A DNA stretch of 40,293 nucleotides from Malacoraja senta. Its lineage: Eukaryota. The stretch lies in assembly GCA_038087875.1 (NCBI GenBank), contig JAXLNO010000573.1:310001-350293 (forward strand). The letters are read 5' to 3'. Below, piece by piece: positions 11,198 to 23,912 of the stretch; positions within the stretch are counted from its first letter, which is position 1; every line of letters begins with the position of its first letter. Made by a program: the position numbers and the translations under genes. The notes under the pieces are model-generated. The model worked only from the letters and a program-made list of their open reading frames with translations, did no database searches and was not told the DNA's origin.

Positions 11198-11500
11198 GGG
11201 TGGCACTGTGGTGCAGTGGTGGAGTTGCTGCCTTACAGCCTCAGAGACCCGGGTTCGATCCTAACTACGGGTGCTGCCTGTATGGAGTTAGTATGTTCTC
11301 CCCATGACTGTGGGCTTTCCCCGGATGATCTGGTTTCCTCCCACACTCCAAAGACATACAGGCTTGTAGGCTAATTGGCTTTGGTAAAGATTGTAAATTG
11401 TCTCTAGTGTATAGGATAGTGCTAGTGTACGGGGATCCCTGGTTGGCATGGACCCGATGGGCAGAAGGGCCCATTTCTGCACTGTATCTCTAAACTAAAC
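11198..11500 (+). mobile_element. HE1-type tRNA-derived V-SINE, near full length
   Basis: A box TGGTGCAGTGG, B box GGTTCGATCC, V-domain GGTTTCCTCCCACACTCCAAAGAC, CR1-like tail GAAGGGCCCATTTC...CTGTATCTCTAAACTAAAC. Confidence 0.9.
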
Positions 11501-11595
11501 AAGATGTCTCAAATACAGTATTTTACCTTCATAGGCTGGAGCCATCAAAGCATTTATATCATAGCAGCTATAGTCACAACCAAAACAGATGATTT

Positions 11596-12215
11596 CACAA
11601 TCACAATCACAATCACAATAATATTTTATTCGCCAAGTATGTTTTGCAACATACGAGGAATTTCATTTGCCGTGTCAGTCATACAATAACAAGCAACGGA
11701 ACACACAAAATACATTTTAACATAAACATCCACTACAGTGACTCCTCCACATTCCTCACTGTGATGGAAGGCGAAAAAAAGTTCAAATCTCTTCCCTTCT
11801 ATATTCTCCCACGGTCGGGGGCCTCGAGCCCTCCGTTGATGGGACAATCTTGACTCCCGTAGCGGCGGCGTTGTGGCCCGCCGCATCGGGGCGATCAGCT
11901 CCTGCATCGGGTGGATGTCACCGCCCCCATGCCGGCGATCGGACCCCAGGTCGGAGCTGGTCGAACCTCTGCATCGTTGAAGCTTCCTGACTAGCCTCTC
12001 CCGAAACTGCGAGCTCTTGATGGGAGGTCCGCAGGCTACGGTTGGAGCAATCCCAGGCAAGGGATCGACTCCGATGTTAAATCCACGGCCCGTGGTGGGG
12101 CTCAAGTCAGTCTGAGGAGGTCTCCAGCTCCATCGATGGTAGGCCGCAGAGCGACCAGAGATGCGATCTGGAAAATAATCGCATCTCCGGCAAGATAAGA
12201 AACTGAAAAAAAGTT
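11596..12215 (-). mobile_element. GC-rich non-autonomous retroposon (Rex1/Babar- or L2-type 3' end), 5'-truncated
   Basis: Highly similar to 27617-28365; (ATTGTG)n tail and GCGAATAAAA on the minus strand. Confidence 0.8.
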
Positions 12216-12221
12216 GGGAGA

Positions 12222-12830
12222 AAAAAAGTATAGAAGTTGGGAGGTTATGTTCCTGTTGTATAAGACGTTGGTGAGACGGCATTCAGTTCTGGGCACTGTT
12301 ATAGGAAAAATGCTGTCAAGCTTGAAAGGGTTCAGAAAAGATTTACGAGGATGTTGCCAGGACTAGAGGGTGTGATCTATATGGAGAGGTTGAGTAGGCT
12401 GGGTCTCTATTCCATGGAGCGCAGGAAGATGAGGGGAGATCTTATAGAGGTATACAAAATCATGAGAGGAATAGATCGGGTAGATGCACAAAGTCTCTTG
12501 CCTAGAGTACGGGAATCGAGGACCAGAGGACATAGGTTCAAGATGAAGGGGAGAAGATTTAATAGGAATCCGAGGGGTAACTTTTTCATACAAAGGGTGG
12601 TGGGTGTATGGAACAAGCTGCCAGAGGAGAAAGTTGAGGCTGGGACTATCCCATTGTTTAAGAGACAGTTAGACAGGTACATGGATAGGACTGGTTTGGA
12701 GGGATATGGACCAAGCGCAGGCAAGAGGGACTAGTGTAGCTGGGACATTTTTGGCCGGTGTGGGCCAGTTGGGCTGAAGGGCCTGTTTCCACACTGTGTC
12801 ACTCTGTCTATGACTCTGACTATGACTCTG
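12222..12830 (+). mobile_element. CR1 (HER1-type) LINE, 5'-truncated
   Basis: ORF 12351-12734 (ERLSRLGLYSMERRKMRGDLIEVYKIMRGIDRVD...TRGH...FFIQRVVGVWNKLP); CTATGACT-type tail. Confidence 0.93.
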
Positions 12831-13089
12831 GTGGGAAGCCTCCCATCTTTTAACTTCACACTTCAGTCCTGCTTTTGTTGGCTTGCAGTGGATGGGATTA
12901 TCACATATCTATTTATTTTAAAGTATGATAAAATTAGTGGCGGAAATCTTATATCAATCTAAATATGAGTTATGTCCAGACTTCGGTCTGAATGACAATA
13001 AAGGGCTATCTAATCTATCTAATGTCCACAATGAACAGTAGAGGTGAAATGGAAGTGGAGGCCAGTTCAGCTTCATAGTTATTCCTTCT

Positions 13090-13880
13090 GGCGAGAAGGA
13101 ATGGGTGACGTTTCGGGTCGAGGCCCTTCTTCAGACTGATGTTAGGGGAGTGGGCGGGACAGAGATAGAATGTAGTCGGAGAGAGTAAGACTTGTGGGAG
13201 AACTGGGAAGGGGGGGATGGAGAGAGGGGGAAAGCAAGGGCTATTTGAAGTTAGAGAAGTCAATGTTCATACTGCTGGGGTGTAAGCTACCCAAGCGAAA
13301 TATGAGGTGCTGTTCCTCCAATTTGCGCTGGGCCTCACTCTGACAATGGAGGAGGCCCAGGACAGAAAGGTCTAATTGGGAATGGGAGGAGGAGTTAAAG
13401 TGCTGAGCAACCGGGAGATCAGGTAGGTTAAGGCAGACTGAGCGGAGATGTTCAGCGAAACGATCACCAAGCCTGCGCTTGGTCTCAATTCAATATGTCC
13501 AGGAGTCCACTATAATTCAATATGTCCAGGAGTCCACACCTGGAACAGCGGATACAGTAGATGAGGTTGGAGGAGGTGCAAGTGAACCTCTGCCTCAATT
13601 GAAAAGACTGTTGTGGTCCTTGGATGGAGTCGAGGGGGGATGTAAAGGGTCAGGTTTTGCATCTCCTGCGGTTGCAGGGGAAAGTACCTGGAGAGTGGGT
13701 GGTTTGCGTGGGAAGGGATGAGTTGATCAGGGAGTTGCGGAGGGAACGGTCTCTGGGGAATGCAGAAAGGGGTGGAGATGGTAAGATGTGGCCAGTAGTG
13801 GGATCCCGTTGGAGGTGGCAAAAATGTTGGAGGATTATATGCTGTATACGATGGCTGATGGGGTGGAAGGTGAGGACAAG
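13090..13880 (-). mobile_element. Penelope-like element 3' part (GIY-YIG endonuclease region plus terminal repeat)
   Basis: Minus-strand LVLTFHP...FPRDRSLRNSL...GTFPCNRRRCKT, then FTCTSSNLIYCIRCSRCGLL...ETKRRLGDRFAEHLRSV; ends in CTGAAGAAGGG...GAAACGTCAC. Confidence 0.9.
13105..13138 (-). ncRNA. Penelope-type minimal hammerhead ribozyme motif
   Basis: Minus strand AGT-CTGAAGA-AGGGCCTCGACCC-GAAAC-GTC-AC: CUGANGA and GAAAC cores, helix II, palindromic ACGU helix III. Confidence 0.6.
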
Positions 13881-14236
13881 GATAAGAGAGCTGGAGTTGG
13901 CAGACAGAGGCAGTTGAATGATAGGTGGAGGCAGATGCAGGAAAAAGGCAGATGAAGCCAAGAGGAGAGTGAGAAAACAGCTGAGGATGATAAACAGGAA
14001 TACAAAGGCTTCAGGTGCTGGAATCAAATAGTGAGGTGATCATGGGAACCATTAGGGAAGAAGTGAATGACAGAATCAAACAGGGAAGGGAAAGAGTTGT
14101 TTATATCAAGAGTGGGAGTGGGATGAGGATGGGAGATGGGGGATTGGAGCAGTTGGGATTATGGGAAAGGGGACAAAAATTGGGAAGACCCAAAGTAAAT
14201 CAGAAGGAGAGGGAGACTAAACACAGGAGGTAACAG

Positions 14237-14520
14237 TCAATAGAAATTGGAAAATTTACTGTTCATTCCATTGGGTGTAGACTGCCCAGGTGGAATAAGA
14301 GTTGCTGCTCCTCCAGGTTTGCATTGGGTCTCAACCTGGCAGTGGAGAAGGCTGGGCAGTGATAAGATAGTGTGAGAATGGGAAGTTGAGTTGAAATGGC
14401 ATGTGACCGGGAGATCAAGATGGCCATTGCGCTCTACAAATGAGTCACCCAGGTCTGCACTTGGTCTCGCCAATGTAGAGACGGTCACGTCGAGAGCATT
14501 AAATACAGTCAATGAGATTG
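14237..14520 (-). mobile_element. Degenerate Penelope-like GIY-YIG fragment
   Basis: LGDSFVE...DLPVTCHFNSTSHSH...PNGMN..FSNF in ORF 14237-14512. Confidence 0.7.
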
Positions 14521-15614
14521 GGAGAGGATAAAAGCTGATATGGTCTTGAGCAAATACTCAGAAAAGTACTTCACAAGTTAACAGCTCAGCAGTGGAGATA
14601 TAATATACCTCTGACTAAAAGCTCATTACGATGAGCAGCATGAAGAAAGCTGTTTGTTTTTTATCAGAAAAATCAATTAAAGTAAATGTGCTTGGGGCCA
14701 GGTGTGAATTCAATATGTCTAATGTCTATGGTGAGTTAGAATTGTGTGAAACTGCAAATATAAATGATGTGTTTTTACACTCCTCATCACCACTCCATGT
14801 AGTCACCCTTCTGTCTTTACATTTATAAACTTTACATACCTCTACTGTTCAACCAGTCATTTTTAGTGCCTATTCTTCAAGAAAACTTGCAGTAAATATG
14901 AAAAAACAAACATTATGCATTAGTAGTTTGTATTGTCATTCTCTCTGGCATGGTCATAAATTAAGACCCATCAAATTGTTTCTATGCAATACTTACAAAC
15001 CTAATTTCTATTTTCATTGAGGAAAAAATAATAAATTTTCTCCTGAAAACTATTTGATGTCATGTTCGAGGAATGAAAATGTCTCCTGCGTTGATTATTT
15101 TTGCAAACACTCTCTTTCCAAACAGCAAGTTTTGTAGTGCACTGTTCAATTTCATTGCCTGAATTTTCCAATTGACAGTTAAGGGAGCACTCACTGCTAA
15201 CCTTGAAGAAAATTACCCACAAAGGTTAACTAGTCTCAGTATAGATTTCCTCTTCTCTGAAATGACATCTGGCATAGCAGGATCTGTAGCATCTAACAAT
15301 AGTGCTGGATTCAATCAGTCTGGACTGACAATCACAATGAAGAATTCACCCAGAGAGCACAACAAGCTCAATTTCTTAAGTATTCTATACATGTTTTGTC
15401 CATTTTAAGACAAAATAGAATTAAGATTTACATGGTATTAAAGTAGAAACTGAAATACCACAACCATTTTTTATATTATTATTTTAAATATCATGGAATT
15501 AGTGAAGGTTGCTCATATATAAAATAAGAGTTTCAGGACCAGAGAGGTTGTTCAACTGTATTATGACCGAGGTGCGATATTAATAGTTTACAGAATTTTA
15601 TTATCACTTTACAG

Positions 15615-15790
15615 GTCAATTAACCTACAAACCTGCATGTCTTTGGGGATGTGGGAAGAAACTGGAGCACCCGGAGAAAACCCAAGCGGTCACTGAGAGA
15701 ACGTACAAAATCTGTACAGACAGCACCCGTTGTCAGGATTGAACCCGGCTCTCTGGCACGGTAAGGCAGCAACGCATCACTGTGCCACCC
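15615..15790 (-). mobile_element. HE1-type V-SINE, 5' half
   Basis: Minus strand GGGTGGCACAGTG...CTGCCTTAC...GGGTTCAATCCTGAC...GGTGCTCCAGTTTCTTCCCACATCCCCAAAGAC. Confidence 0.8.
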
Positions 15791-16701
15791 TAAAAACCCT
15801 CGCAACAAAAAGTGTGCTTCCAACATCTCTTGATACATTTTCCGCATGGACAAAGTGTGAGCCTTACCGGTGTGCCATTCACGACCTTTTATCTTTGTGC
15901 GTCTATGTTTATCTTTACCCCTGCTAGCTCTGCCTTGTAATCTAAATACCTAATCTATTTATCATTTCTTCTAACATGGCCTTTAAGTTACTTTCACTTA
16001 TGTAGGCCTCTTTTGCCATCACGCCTCTTCAGCATGTAAACTCTTAGATAAAATATATTACATATGTGCTCATATTTATTATAATTTTCAGAATTTTTTC
16101 TATCGTCCACTCATACATCATCCCATAACAGTTGAAACTCTCAGTGTGTCGATTCAAGGTGGATTTAGCTTATTTCCCAAAGCTTTACCTCTTTGGTCCC
16201 CATTTGACTGAACCCTTTTGCTTTCATGGGTTAAAATATTCTCTACTTCATCAATACCAGGTTGAATAAAATTGCAAAATGCAAAATGTAGAGAGAAATT
16301 TAAAGTTGGGAATTCTAAGAGACAGAAAGAAAAGTAAAAAAATCTCCAGCAGTAATTAGAATGCTAAGCAATGAAACTTTGCAGTTACATGAACTATTTT
16401 TCAGTGCAGAGAAACTGGTTTGTTGTAATTAGGATTTATTATGCCCTTAAAAATTCAATTGCACTTGCACAGACCACCATTAACATTTCTAGTGTATGTA
16501 GATGGCACCTTTGTGCAAATATAAATTTCACTCCTTTTACAATTAGTATTTAATGTACCTTCAGGTTACTACTAATATAGCAAAGCTTATGAAGACTGGA
16601 ACTGTTTGCCCTGCTACTTTCTGATTTCAGTCATTGCCTCTGGATATGTGGACTCTGCAGGATGTTGCCTGTTATATGGTACAATAACAATGAATGGTGT
16701 A

Positions 16702-16990
16702 AGGTGGCACAGTACCAGCTTCGGTGATCAGGTTTGATTCTGATGACTGCTCTCTTAGTGAAGTTTGCATATTCTGCCTGTGACTATGTTGGTTTCCTCC
16801 ATGTGCTCCAATTTCCAAGACCTGCTGGTTGGGCATTGTAAATTGTGCCTAGTGAAAATATATTGTAGTCTAATGTGAGATAATGGGAATCTGAGGAGAA
16901 TAAGATGGGTTTAGTATTGGATTAGTGTCAAGGGATACTTGATGATTGGCATAGACTTGCCTGTATCCATGTTGTCCAAGTCTATGACTC
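16702..16990 (+). mobile_element. HE1-type V-SINE, degenerate
   Basis: GGTGGCACAGT...GGTTTGATTCTGA...GTTTGCATATTCT...GGTTTCCTCCATGTGCTCC; CTATGACT end. Confidence 0.6.
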
Positions 16991-17171
16991 ATCCATACAT
17001 CATTTAACGCATGAAAGCTGGGTCATCATTTGCCTCAATGATTCATTTCAATTGTGAATAAAACTTGTCTGGAAACAGTCATATTTTGTTGAAATTTTCC
17101 ATCTTCAGAAGTGAAATTTGATGGGGTGTTCAGCAAAAATAAAAAATAAAAAGAAAGGATTTCTGGTTACA

Positions 17172-17345
17172 TAACACAGTTAGTGCTATAGCTTCACTAA
17201 TCTCGCAATCTGGATGGCATCTGTATGGAGTTTGTTCATTAGCTCTGTGACCATATGGATTTTGTCAGCATGCTCTGGTTTTCTCCTACATTCCAAATCT
17301 ATGCTTGTGTTAAGTGGTTAGAACAGGTTATCCCTATGTGTAGGA
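17172..17345 (+). mobile_element. HE1-type V-SINE fragment, degenerate
   Basis: CTGTATGGAGTTTG...GCTCTGGTTTTCTCCTACATTCCAAA. Confidence 0.5.
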
Positions 17346-17409
17346 CAATGGAAAAATACAATTGAAAGGAGTGGCTTCAGGAAGCCAGTGGCAAGATCCA
17401 AGCAATTGC

Positions 17410-17890
17410 TCTAAAAGGTCTCATCTGCACCATTTCATAGAACACAATTGATTCTATACCTCGTCCACTTTCCAATATGGTCTACGTAATTCTGAATGTT
17501 GTTTGTGTTCAAAGACATCTCTCATATTCAGTCTTGAATCTTCTTAGCACCTCAACATCCATAGTCCGTTGATCTAGAGATGTCCAAAGATTTTCAACTA
17601 CCCGAATAAATTAATTTCCCTTCAATTCAATATTCATTAATGTTTTCCCTGAAACTGTGCTACATGATTCTCGATTCTCTGTCCAAAAGAAATACATTCT
17701 TGGCATCTCCTTGTCCCTCAGAGGTTTATGTTTCCATAATAACATCCCTCATTCTTCTACGCTTCTTTGAACACAGGGAAATCTTAATCAACTTTCCCTC
17801 TTTGGACTATTGTGCCAAAAATCTGTTGTGAACCTAAACTGTGTTGCCATGAAGGCAAATCTTCCCTTAACTATGAAGAATAAAATTCCA
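17410..17890 (-). mobile_element. Highly degenerate CR1 fragment
   Basis: Remnants such as ATCCCTCATTCTTCTA and CTGTTGTGAACCT parallel the 9900-10597 copy. Confidence 0.4.
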
Positions 17891-17899
17891 GAACATACC

Positions 17900-18190
17900 T
17901 GTAGAGTCTTACAGCATGGAAACAACTTTGGCCAACTTGTCCATGCTGATTAAGATGTCCTATCTAATTAGTCCATTTACTTGTGTTTGGCCTATATCCT
18001 TCTAAACCTTTCCTATCCATATACCTTTTGAAGCATCTTTTGAATGTTCTATAGTGCCTGCCTCAACTACTTCAACTTGTTCCATTTAGCCACCACTAGG
18101 CGAAAAAGTTGCCTCTCAGGTTCCCATTGAATCTTGCACCTCCCACCTTAAACCTATGTCCTCTGGTTCTTGAGTATCCTAGTCTGAGTA
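17900..18190 (-). mobile_element. CR1 (HER1-type) 3' end
   Basis: Reverse-complement similarity to 12500-12800 (AAACCTATGTCCTCTGGTTCT, CCTATCCAT, ACAGCATGGAAACA). Confidence 0.75.
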
Positions 18191-18301
18191 AAAAACTTGG
18201 TGCAGTAAGAGGTGTAGTCTTCAGAATGTCCAGTATAATTTTAACAGGAATTCCTTACTTTTGCAATAAAGGTAAAAGAAAATGGTTTGCCTTTCTAATT
18301 G

Positions 18302-18395
18302 AAGGTAGACACAAATTGCGGGTGTAACTCAGTGGGACAGGCAGCATGTCTGGAGAGAAGGAATGGGTGACATTTCAGGTCAGGACCCTTCTTTC
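18302..18395 (-). mobile_element. Penelope-like terminal-repeat fragment
   Basis: GTAACTCAGTGGGACAGGCAGCATGTCTGGAGAGAAGGAATGGGTGACATTTCAGGTC...ACCCTTCTT. Confidence 0.75.
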
Positions 18396-18774
18396 TAATT
18401 GTTCGCTGTATCTGCATCTATAGTCTCATCATCACAGATTATCTCACCATGGTCCCTCTGTGCACCAATGTTTACTCGTTTCTTTCTGTTTGAAAAATAT
18501 TCAGTTTCTGTCCTTATAAATGCACATTACTACATATTTCCTGACTTATATTTCAGCTACCATTTCTCCGACCCCAACATATTGTCAGTATTATCAGTAA
18601 CTTTGAGTGCCAAGAGTCCTTGATAATGACTCATGAGACTGAGCTAGAAGGGAGATGAGTAATTGATAGCACATTTGACAGTTATAAATTGTTTCCTGAA
18701 GGGGCATGGAGAGGAATATTCCCCTCCTGACTTCATTTTGGGTAGGTAAAGACTTTTGTGCTTATACCTTTGGG

Positions 18775-19053
18775 AAGCACAGTGGTGTAGTGGTGGAGCT
18801 ACTGCCTTACGATGGGTGCTGTCTGTGCGGAGCTTGTACGTTCTCCCTGTGACCTGCATGGGTTTTCTGTGAGATCTTCGGTTTCCTCCCACACTCCGCA
18901 TACAGTTTTGTAGATTGATTGGCTTTGTATAAATGTAAAGTTGTCCCTAGTGTGTGTTGGTAGTGTTAATGTGCGGGGATCACTGTTCAGTGCAGACTCG
19001 ATGGGCCAAAGGGGGTGTTTCTGCGCTGTTTCTCTAAACTAAACTAAATTAAA
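18775..19053 (+). mobile_element. HE1-type V-SINE with an internal deletion of the B-box region
   Basis: GCACAGTGGTGTAGTGGTGGAGCTACTGCCTTAC joined directly to GGGTGCTGTCTGT; V-domain; (CTAAA)n tail. Confidence 0.85.
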
Positions 19054-20089
19054 CCTTAGGTGAGCACCCTTGAAAAAGTGCTTCAGGAATACAATCTCCA
19101 GCTCCATTTCAGTGAGATTAGTAATAAGTAGAGTGCCTAACATTTCTCAAGAGGGATAGAGGGTGGAGGTAACGACTGCAGTGGAGAATTCATCTTGGAC
19201 AATATGACATTTGATAAGCTCTGCCTACCTGGATACAAATGCTGGCACCTTGCAAGCTGTTGGGAAAGCTGAGAATCACTGAGCCAAGTGAAACAATACA
19301 AAATGCATTGAATGGCTTTTAAAACTGACTTACAATAATTAGAGAGATAATAAAGGAATCCTCAAGCATTAGGGATGAAGGATGATTTCAATGACGACTG
19401 CAATTGTATTTTCTTCCAAGGATAGAATTGCCAACATTATGGATTATCATAAGGTGCAATCAAATAAGTGCTGCATACCTTCAACATCATTATGCAGCTG
19501 TTGATATCAACATTGGTTAATGCATAAATTTGCCTTACATCAAAGTTTACTCCAGCACAATGGTAGCATTGAAGTGCAGCTGGATCATGAGTAGTGAGAA
19601 AGATTATGAAAGTTGTAATTCAGATGATATGTTTCCATTTCTCACAAGATCTGCCCAGATGCAGTGCACTTGGAGCAGCCTGTGTCTAATCAGTATGTTA
19701 CAAATTCTAGAGAGCATTAAAGAAGGTCATCATAGCAGCAAAGCAGGAATACTGTCAATCACCATCTCTGCTGAAATCACGTGGGTTGCATCTCATAGCA
19801 GTAACACCAAAATGGGGTAAAGCTTTACAGCTGTGAAAAAAGCATCACAAAAATGTTCCCCTGATACATTTTTGTTCTTTGCTTTGCTCACATAAATGTT
19901 ACTCTTTTTCATAATCTCTCTCTTGCTATTTGAGTAATGAATAGATGTGAACAGATATGGTAAAGTGGAGCGTTGATGAAGGAATAGATAGTTACTTCTT
20001 AGCAGCATCATAAGTGTAGGAGAGGGAGAAAAGTTGCTGCTATATTTTCTGGTGACTTGGGTTTACTGATGTGACCACAATAAATACAA

Positions 20090-20440
20090 AAACATACAAA
20101 CATATAAAAGCATAAAAATAGGACTAAGATTTGACCATATGGCCCCACAAGTCTGCTCTGCCATTAAAGAAGATGGTGGTTTATCTGCCTTAAAACCTTT
20201 CCTTGTTTTCCCTATAAACCAAAAACCTGTCTTATGTTGTTGATAATTCACTGTCATTGATTCCATGGAGTAAAGAATGCAAAAGATTCACAAACTGCTG
20301 AGGGAAGAAGGTACTCCTCATCTCAACCTTGAAATGGCATTGCTTATTTTTAACAATATGTTCCATTGTTCTATATTCCCCAAATGGGGATGGATCCTCT
20401 CAGCACTATCTGAAAAGACTCCTAAGAATGTTTGATGTTA
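20090..20440 (-). mobile_element. Degenerate CR1 3' end
   Basis: ATAGGA...GACCATATGGCCCCACAAGTCTGCTCTGCCATT and AAAGATTCACAA...CTCCTCATCTC parallel younger CR1 copies. Confidence 0.5.
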
Positions 20441-22077
20441 CATTAATAAGAGTATTTTGCATTAAGCATTAATATGATGGAATCACCATCACCTTGCTTT
20501 TTCTTCTTCATCTCCCCCTTGAATAGACAGCTGATGTGCATTGACAGACACTTCCAGAACTAACCAGTAACTGGTGCACATCTTTAGCCTGTCGGTTCCA
20601 CATTTGCTGGTCTTCATTTTCATGCTATTTTAATTCAGTGGTCAAGTTTCTGATAGGTGCTGTGAATTAAGTTGTCACTTGGTATCCATCGCCAACCACC
20701 AAGTCCTTCTTAACACTCATTCCATGTGCAACCAATTCAGAGTTCACTTCAGTGACTACATGACAGCTAGCTCACAATCCTGCATACATGCTTATAAATT
20801 CCTTTTTTTTGTGGTTGGAAACCCATCGATCCAAAGTTAAACGGAAAACAGTGTCAATATCACTCTAATTGAGCAACCAGCAAATGAAAATTGACAATCT
20901 GTCTCTCCAGAAGGGGTTGCATGCATGAATTCAAATGTGATCCAGTGAAATCCAAAGGTTAGTGTGTTGGAACCAGCTTTTAGCTACGTTATCAATTTCA
21001 TTGGCTTAATTCCCACTTCCCAACATTTTCTGCCAAATTTATGTATTCTTCCACGTTAAAATACAATCTAATAGTTATGGCAATCCTTGAGGACATTCAA
21101 ATGGAAAAGTCATGTATAGAGATCTAAGGATGAGAATTCACTTAATTGGTATAAAGCTATTTATAAAGCATTTTAAACATCACATGTGATCATGCTGAAT
21201 TTATTAAAAGAAAACTCCTAATACAGCAACAAGATTTGTGCTTATTTCAAAAGATTAAGATGGATACCATTGTGTCACACATCCTACCATTTGCGATGAT
21301 TATATCACAGTTATCAATAAAAATGATTCTTGTTTTCACATATTGCCTAATGTGACACTTCAAAGAGCTTCACAATTAATTCCTTATAAAGTGTAATCCA
21401 GAGAAATGAATAGGCAAGTTTCAATACAGCACAGTACAAAAATCAATAATTAAAAATAACTTTTGCTGTTCATCAGAGCTTTCCGGTAATAACCAACAAC
21501 ATTGGGAACATTTTTTTTCCTTAGATAAATCCCAGGCCTCTGATTTGTTCATGATTTTAGACCACAATGATAATCATTAATATACTTTCAATAGTTACTA
21601 GCAAAGACTTGGGATTCTATATTTGCAATAAGTCAAGATAAAAGGGAACTTATCTTTCAGTGGATGACCACCAAGTAACATGGTTAACAGAAAGATCCTC
21701 AGTTGCTGGCCAAATTGAGAGATTAGTTGAATGCCATATGCCGCTTCAGTGGAAGGCAACAACAGTATAGTGTAGGGATGGCAAGAACTGAGGGGAGGGA
21801 AAGATCAAAGCTTAAGTGATAATTTCATGTGGGGTTGCAGAAGATTTCATAGAGGAGGATGGAGACAAAATGTTGTCTTTAGCTGACAGTGTAAGGGGAT
21901 TGCCTAATCCTAGAGAAGGAAGCAGATTATCATGTGAAACCATGGCTGCAGCACATTTTGTTCAGTTGAAAGAAAGCACTCCTGATCCTTCTGCTCTGCA
22001 GGCAGTGCTGAAAGGTTCTTACTTGCTGGACTAGCCATTCTCACTCTCTCTGCCAGTATCCCAAAACTTTCATTCAT

Positions 22078-22213
22078 TACATGGATAGGTCAGGCTTGGA
22101 GGGATCTGGACCAAACACGGGCAGGTGGGACCAGTGTAGCTGGGACATGTTAGCCGGTGTGGGCAAGTTGGGCCGAATGGCCTGTTTCCACACTGTGTCA
22201 CTCTATGACTCTA
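22078..22213 (+). mobile_element. CR1 (HER1-type) extreme 3' end
   Basis: Closely similar to 12678-12815; GGCCTGTTTCCACACTGTGTCACTCTATGACTCTA. Confidence 0.85.
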
Positions 22214-22731
22214 TTAAGTAAGTGTCAAGATTTGAGGTAGCCAGGGTCTCCTAACTACACAGTGACATCATGGCTGTTCATTTTAGGCAACTGTTGCTAT
22301 CCTGGGGATTCTTGTTTACATCTTTGCAGCCTCTATCAGCTTGTGTTATTGGAAAATTGGCATCTACGGCCACACATGGCTGTTGAAAGTCCAAGCTCTG
22401 GGTGAAAATCCACACTTCCATTAGCTCCCTGATTAGCTTCTTTGATTTCCCCATGGAGGCCACATATGCCCATGGTTACTCTCACAGATCCCCTCTTCCT
22501 CTCACCATTGCATGCACACTCTCTGGCTGACTTATTTATTTATTGAATATGTCTATGTACATACTTAGCAACCTTCTGTACAGCCAGCACATTGAAGTAC
22601 CCACCAACATCGTTTGCATTAGAATCAGCTACAGTATGTCCTTGTTACTGATTAACTGACTCGCCCAACCTCCACTGTCAGCACCAACCAAGCTATGCAG
22701 TCACTCGAGGGCATGCACAAAGCTGATTCAT

Positions 22732-22860
22732 TGCTGAAGAAGGGTCCAGACCGGAAATATGACATCAGCATGTCCTCCAGGTCTGCTGCCTTACCCTCTG
22801 AGTTCTCCAGCAAGTTATGTTTTGCTTAAGGTTCCAGCATCTACAGTTCTTTGTTTCTCC
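22732..22860 (+). mobile_element. Penelope-like terminal-repeat fragment
   Basis: CTGAAGAAGGGTCCAGACCGGAAATATGAC...CTGAGTTCTCCAGCA...TTCCAGCATCTACAGTTCTTTG. Confidence 0.7.
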
Positions 22861-23912
22861 AAGGGTCTGCTTTATCACATTGGGTGCATGCTGCCCATTT
22901 TGACTTTCCAGAGTAATGAGATGTGTCAGCTATATTATCATGGAGATGTAATTCTTTATAAGTAAAACAGTTTTTGTTTAGTCCAGTTACACATTTTGAT
23001 CTGATGGGACCCATAACTATGTGGGTTCAGAAAGGGTTAGGTGTTTTTGGATTGAGCTCAGGTTGAGATTGACTATCGGTAAATGGAGGTTTGTGTGGGG
23101 TTTTAATTTTATACTGAAACAAATCTCTACACTAAATATATTCGATTTCAAGGATATACCCTGATCCTAATTGACTCAGTAACACATCAAGATGCATTAT
23201 GTCACCAAGCTAAGAATATAGTGTTATTGTATCACAAAGACATTTTCCATCTACTTCTTATTATTATATTGCACATCACATATTTCTTTACAGATAATTA
23301 GTCATTATTGACTATATATTTTTGAATCGTGTGGGCAGTACTGGAGGTATGGTGCATACTATACCTAATTCTGCACTGTACGTGGAAATGCTTCTCAATC
23401 TGAAATTATTTATTTGGCCTTCTCACAATAACTGTTATTAGAGGATATTCTGAATTAAAACAAATCATTGGGAGCAAAGAAAGTGAAGTTAATTGGGAAA
23501 CCCACCTCATGCTGTTTTTAAAAAGCTCCAAATCGGAAGTTGACAGGTAGTTTTGATCATCACTTGGGAGCAGGTTTCTTGCTGACTAGCATGGCCAAGA
23601 AATGAAACATGAATTCAGTAATCCTGAAAGAGAAGCATTATAATGAATAAATACTAAAGTGTGAAAACAAAATAAATATTTCTCTTTATATTACCTTCAT
23701 TATTATTTTTCATTTTCATTCTCCCAAAATAATTAATCTTGAGACCTAATAGAAATTGTACTCAACCAGCTCACTTCGATGGTTTTTCGTTACACCTACA
23801 TAATTAACATTTTTGTACTTCTGAAAGTATTCTTATTTTTCAGGACAATTTTTGTGGATGAAAATATGAGTTTATTCACTTAAGGCAGGATTATCCTCCT
23901 ACACAATTAATC

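Noticed and set aside
11198..11265. tRNA-like A/B boxes
   Set aside because: Head of an HE1 SINE, not a tRNA gene
11626..12282. 218-aa ORF
   Set aside because: Spans a GC-rich repeat and its junction with CR1; the frame is not preserved in the 27617-28365 copy; no recognisable domain
14997..15201. Minus-strand segment between an acceptor-like and a GTAAGT donor-like site
   Set aside because: All three frames contain stops before the donor
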